40,682 bases of DNA. Origin: Microcystaceae cyanobacterium (GTDB taxonomy: Bacteria; Cyanobacteriota; Cyanobacteriia; Cyanobacteriales; Microcystaceae). The DNA lies in NCBI GenBank assembly GCA_041746575.1, contig JBGTGT010000107.1, positions 1 through 40,682 on the forward strand. Reading direction: 5' to 3'. Numbering within the stretch: the first letter of the stretch is position 1; every line of letters begins with the position of its first letter. Both the position numbers and the translations under genes were made by a program. Under the pieces are notes generated by a model. The model made no database searches, was not told where the DNA came from, and saw nothing but the letters and a program-made list of their open reading frames with translations. Shown here piece after piece: positions 37,678 through 40,682 of the stretch.

Positions 37678-40296
37678 TTATACTGTAACCATCTCTGACG
37701 GTAATCGCTTAAAGGTCAATCGTTCATCTTCAACATCTACGAAAATCATATCTCCCGTTTTAAATTCACTACGAAGAATTGACTTGGCAATCGCGGTTTC
37801 TAAGTAGCGTTGCACTGCCCGTTTTAAGGGTCTTGCACCATACACCGGATCATAACCGACTTCTGCTAAGAAATCTAAGGATGATTCTGACAGCTTCAGG
37901 GCTATTTTTTGCTCCTTCAAGCGTTTTTCGAGATTGCTAACTTGAATCTTGACAATCTTCCGTAGTTGCTCTTTTTGTAATCCGTGGAAAATGATAATTT
38001 CATCAATGCGGTTGAGAAATTCAGGACGAAAGTTTTCTCGCATCGCTAACATGACACGGGAACGCATTTCTTCATATTGAGAATCGTCACCAGCCACATC
38101 TAAAATGTACTGTGACCCGATATTACTGGTCATAATAATGATGGTATTCTTAAAGTCGACGGTACGACCTTGAGAGTCCGTCAAACGACCATCATCGAGA
38201 ATTTGTAACATCACATTAAAGACGTCAGGATGTGCCTTTTCAATCTCATCAAAGAGAATCACTGAGTAAGGACGACGACGAATGGCTTCCGTTAATTGTC
38301 CCCCTTCATCATAGCCAACATAGCCCGGAGGTGCACCAATTAAACGAGAAACGCTGTGTTTTTCCATATATTCGGACATATCAATCCGAACCATTGCGTC
38401 TTCTGTGTCAAAGAGACAGGCAGCTAAGGCTTTCCCTAATTCGGTTTTACCCACTCCTGTCGGGCCTAGAAAGATGAAACTGGCGGTTGGGCGATTAGGA
38501 TCAGCTAATCCGGCACGAGAACGCTGAATAGCATCTGCTACGGCGGTAACTGCTTCATCTTGACCAATTACTCGTTGATGGAGTTCATCTTCAAGATATA
38601 ATAACTTCTCTTTTTCCGACTCTACTAACTTACTAATCGGAATTCCCGTCCATTTTGAAATAATTTCTGCAATATCGGACTCTAGGACTTCCTCTCGTAA
38701 TAAAGTTGTACCTGTCGTTTGTTTTTCTGCTAATTGACTTTCTAGGTCTTTGACTTGGCGTTGGAGGTCAGTTAACTTGCCATAGCGCAATTCTGCGGCT
38801 TTATTTAAGTCGTAATCCCGTTCTGCTTGCTGAATCTCTAGGTTGGTTTGGTCGATGGTTTCTTTCACTGTGCGAATTTGGTCAATAACCTCTTTTTCCG
38901 ACTGCCATTGTGCATTAAGTTGAGACTGCTCTTCTTTTAAATTCGCTAACTCCTTCTCAAGCTTGCTGAGACGATCAAGGGAAACAACATTATCTTCTTT
39001 TTGTAAAGATAACCGTTCCATCTCTAATTGGAGAATTTTACGGTCAACTTCGTCTAATTCTTCTGGTTTTGAGGTAATTTCCATTTTAAGCTTGGCCGCC
39101 GCTTCATCTACGAGGTCAATTGCCTTATCGGGTAAAAAGCGATCGCTAATATACCGATTCGACAGCATCGCCGCCGCTACTAACGCCGTATCCGCAATTT
39201 TGACCCCATGATGCACCTCATAGCGTTCCTTTAAACCCCGTAAAATAGAAATTGTGTCAATTTCACTGGGTTCATCGACTAAAACTGACTGAAAACGTCG
39301 TTCTAATGCCGCATCTTTCTCAAGGTATTTGCGATACTCATCTAAGGTCGTCGCACCGATACAACGTAGTTCACCTCGCGCTAACATAGGTTTCAGTAAA
39401 TTTCCGGCATCCATTGCGCCTTGGGTTGCCCCTGCGCCAACAACCGTGTGAATTTCATCAATAAAGAGGATAATATGACCTTGAGACTCTGTCACCTCCT
39501 TGAGAACAGCTTTCAATCGTTCTTCAAACTCCCCTCGATATTTTGCACCGGCGATCACTGCACCCATATCTAACGCAATTAGCTTGCGATCGCGTAAAGA
39601 CTCTGGCACGTCTCGATTAATGATACGCTGGGCTAATCCCTCAACAATCGCCGTTTTACCGACACCGGGTTCACCAATTAAAACAGGATTATTTTTCGTC
39701 CGACGGGAAAGAATTTGAATAGTGCGACGAATTTCATCATCTCTGCCAATAACAGGATCTACCTTACCTTCTCGCGCCATTTGGGTGAGATCACGACCAT
39801 ATTTTTCTAAGGATTCGTATTTTCCTTCTGGATTTTGATCCGTCACTTTTTGAGAACCTCTCACTTGTTGAATAATTTCTTTTAGTTTAGTTTCATTGAG
39901 TCCAAATTCTTGAAATAAGGACTTACCCAAGCGATCGTCTTGACAAAATCCAAGAATAATATGTTCGATGGAAATATATTCATCCCCGAATTCTTTGCGG
40001 TATTTATCGGTACGATCTAAAAGGGTATCTAAACTGCGCCCCAAATAAACCGAATCACCGGGATTATTAATTTTCGGCTGACGACGAATAAATTCATCTA
40101 CTTTATCCCGCAGACGTTGCAGACTAATTCCTGCTTTACTGAAGATACTACTGGCAAGTCCTTCTTGTTCAATTAAGGACTTCATTAAATGTTCACTTTC
40201 AATTTGTTGCTGACTGTTTTGTTTCGCAATGTCGGGAGTGCGAACAATCGCTTCCCATGCTTTTTCTGTAAATTGATTGGGGTTGGTAGGTTGCAT
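37678..40296 (-). CDS. clpB: ATP-dependent disaggregase ClpB
   Basis: Two AAA modules (GEPGVGKT and GPTGVGKT), long M-domain coiled coil, GARPLKR. Confidence 0.98.
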   Translation of the reverse strand: MQPTNPNQFTEKAWEAIVRTPDIAKQNSQQQIESEHLMKSLIEQEGLASSIFSKAGISLQRLRDKVDEFIRRQPKINNPGDSVYLGRSLDTLLDRTDKYRKEFGDEYISIEHIILGFCQDDRLGKSLFQEFGLNETKLKEIIQQVRGSQKVTDQNPEGKYESLEKYGRDLTQMAREGKVDPVIGRDDEIRRTIQILSRRTKNNPVLIGEPGVGKTAIVEGLAQRIINRDVPESLRDRKLIALDMGAVIAGAKYRGEFEERLKAVLKEVTESQGHIILFIDEIHTVVGAGATQGAMDAGNLLKPMLARGELRCIGATTLDEYRKYLEKDAALERRFQSVLVDEPSEIDTISILRGLKERYEVHHGVKIADTALVAAAMLSNRYISDRFLPDKAIDLVDEAAAKLKMEITSKPEELDEVDRKILQLEMERLSLQKEDNVVSLDRLSKLEKELANLKEEQSQLNAQWQSEKEVIDQIRTVKETIDQTNLEIQQAERDYDLNKAAELRYGKLTDLQRQVKDLESQLAEKQTTGTTLLREEVLESDIAEIISKWTGIPISKLVESEKEKLLYLEDELHQRVIGQDEAVTAVADAIQRSRAGLADPNRPTASFIFLGPTGVGKTELGKALAACLFDTEDAMVRIDMSEYMEKHSVSRLIGAPPGYVGYDEGGQLTEAIRRRPYSVILFDEIEKAHPDVFNVMLQILDDGRLTDSQGRTVDFKNTIIIMTSNIGSQYILDVAGDDSQYEEMRSRVMLAMRENFRPEFLNRIDEIIIFHGLQKEQLRKIVKIQVSNLEKRLKEQKIALKLSESSLDFLAEVGYDPVYGARPLKRAVQRYLETAIAKSILRSEFKTGDMIFVDVEDERLTFKRLPSEMVTV

Positions 40297-40541
40297 AGTA
40301 AGTTTTTATAATTGAGTGACACTCTTTATTGTAAAGGGTTTAATTCTTTAGGTTGAGTCGGTTTCCCCCCCTAATTGAGGAGAATAACCCTAATATCTGT
40401 ACCAGAATTTAAAGTATTTCAAAATTTTCGGGATAGATAGATTAATGCCATCATCACCTGTTCATCAATCATCATGAAACTTACAACTAATAATAATATC
40501 CGTGTCTGTAATCTTATAAACTAGACGATGTTCATCATTGA

Positions 40542-40682
40542 TAAGTGATCGGACGAAATTAATGGCACAAATGCTTAATAACATTGTATTCTATAAATGA
40601 TGAGCTAAAATCTAAAAAGATTATGATATTATTGAGAGAACTAAATCAAGAAACTGAAAAGCTTTTAAAAAGAATAAGTAGT
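40542..40682 (+). mobile_element. Probable left end of an IS630-family element, transposase starting at 40623 and truncated by the window edge
   Basis: ATG 40623 reads MILLRELNQETEKLLKRISS..., resembling cyanobacterial IS630 transposase N-termini. TAAGTGATCGGACGAAATTAA at 40542 resembles their TA-flanked end. Both resemblances are recalled, and only 20 codons are visible. Confidence 0.55.

Larger units (their letters stand above)
3620..39593. repeat. HIP1 octamer GCGATCGC dispersed across the window
   Basis: About 20 copies seen, e.g. near 3620, 5384, 8944, 12446, 15323, 17113, 18859, 22099, 25110, 26951, 31022, 34449, 37062 and 39139. Confidence 0.9.

Noticed and set aside
40356..40372. GTCGGTTTCCCCCCC upstream of clpB as a K-box-like heat-shock element
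   Set aside because: Partial match only. No CIRCE inverted repeat was seen either.
40563..40571. TGGCACAAA as a third copy of the AraC box
   Set aside because: Only 9 nt match, the second TGGCA half is missing, and it lies inside the probable IS end.

Overview
Chromosomal window from a unicellular cyanobacterium. The evidence is the dense HIP1 octamer GCGATCGC and the cyanobacteria-type DUF1400, DUF2808 and Uma2 genes; the taxon is inferred. Conserved genes flank the window: an ArsA/Get3-type ATPase, DUF2358 and an RCK-domain channel on the left; a class V aminotransferase, recA, menF, clpB and the probable start of an IS630 element on the right. Between them lies a ~28 kb accessory block (5272-33405) of two minus-strand gene runs around one plus-strand AraC regulator (26234-27241). 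Run A (~25950 to 5272) encodes two Cys-type sulfatases, two intact and two internally deleted DUF1254/DUF1214 genes, a HAD phosphatase, a BASS symporter, DUF2092, DUF202, MarC, DUF1345, a TVGYG channel, a DUF1400 hydrolase and many small exported proteins. Run B (33327 to 27242) encodes an outer-membrane beta-barrel with a long coiled-coil insert, an orphan solute-binding lipoprotein, MscS and a second DUF1400 hydrolase. Both runs are preceded by the same 20-bp sequence (ATTGGCACAAAATGGCAAGA on the minus strand), exactly 19 nt before a TANNNT -10 hexamer. This points to one AraC-activated cell-envelope regulon of unknown function, the best candidate here for an undescribed system. Family calls come from motif recognition by eye; no database searches were run.
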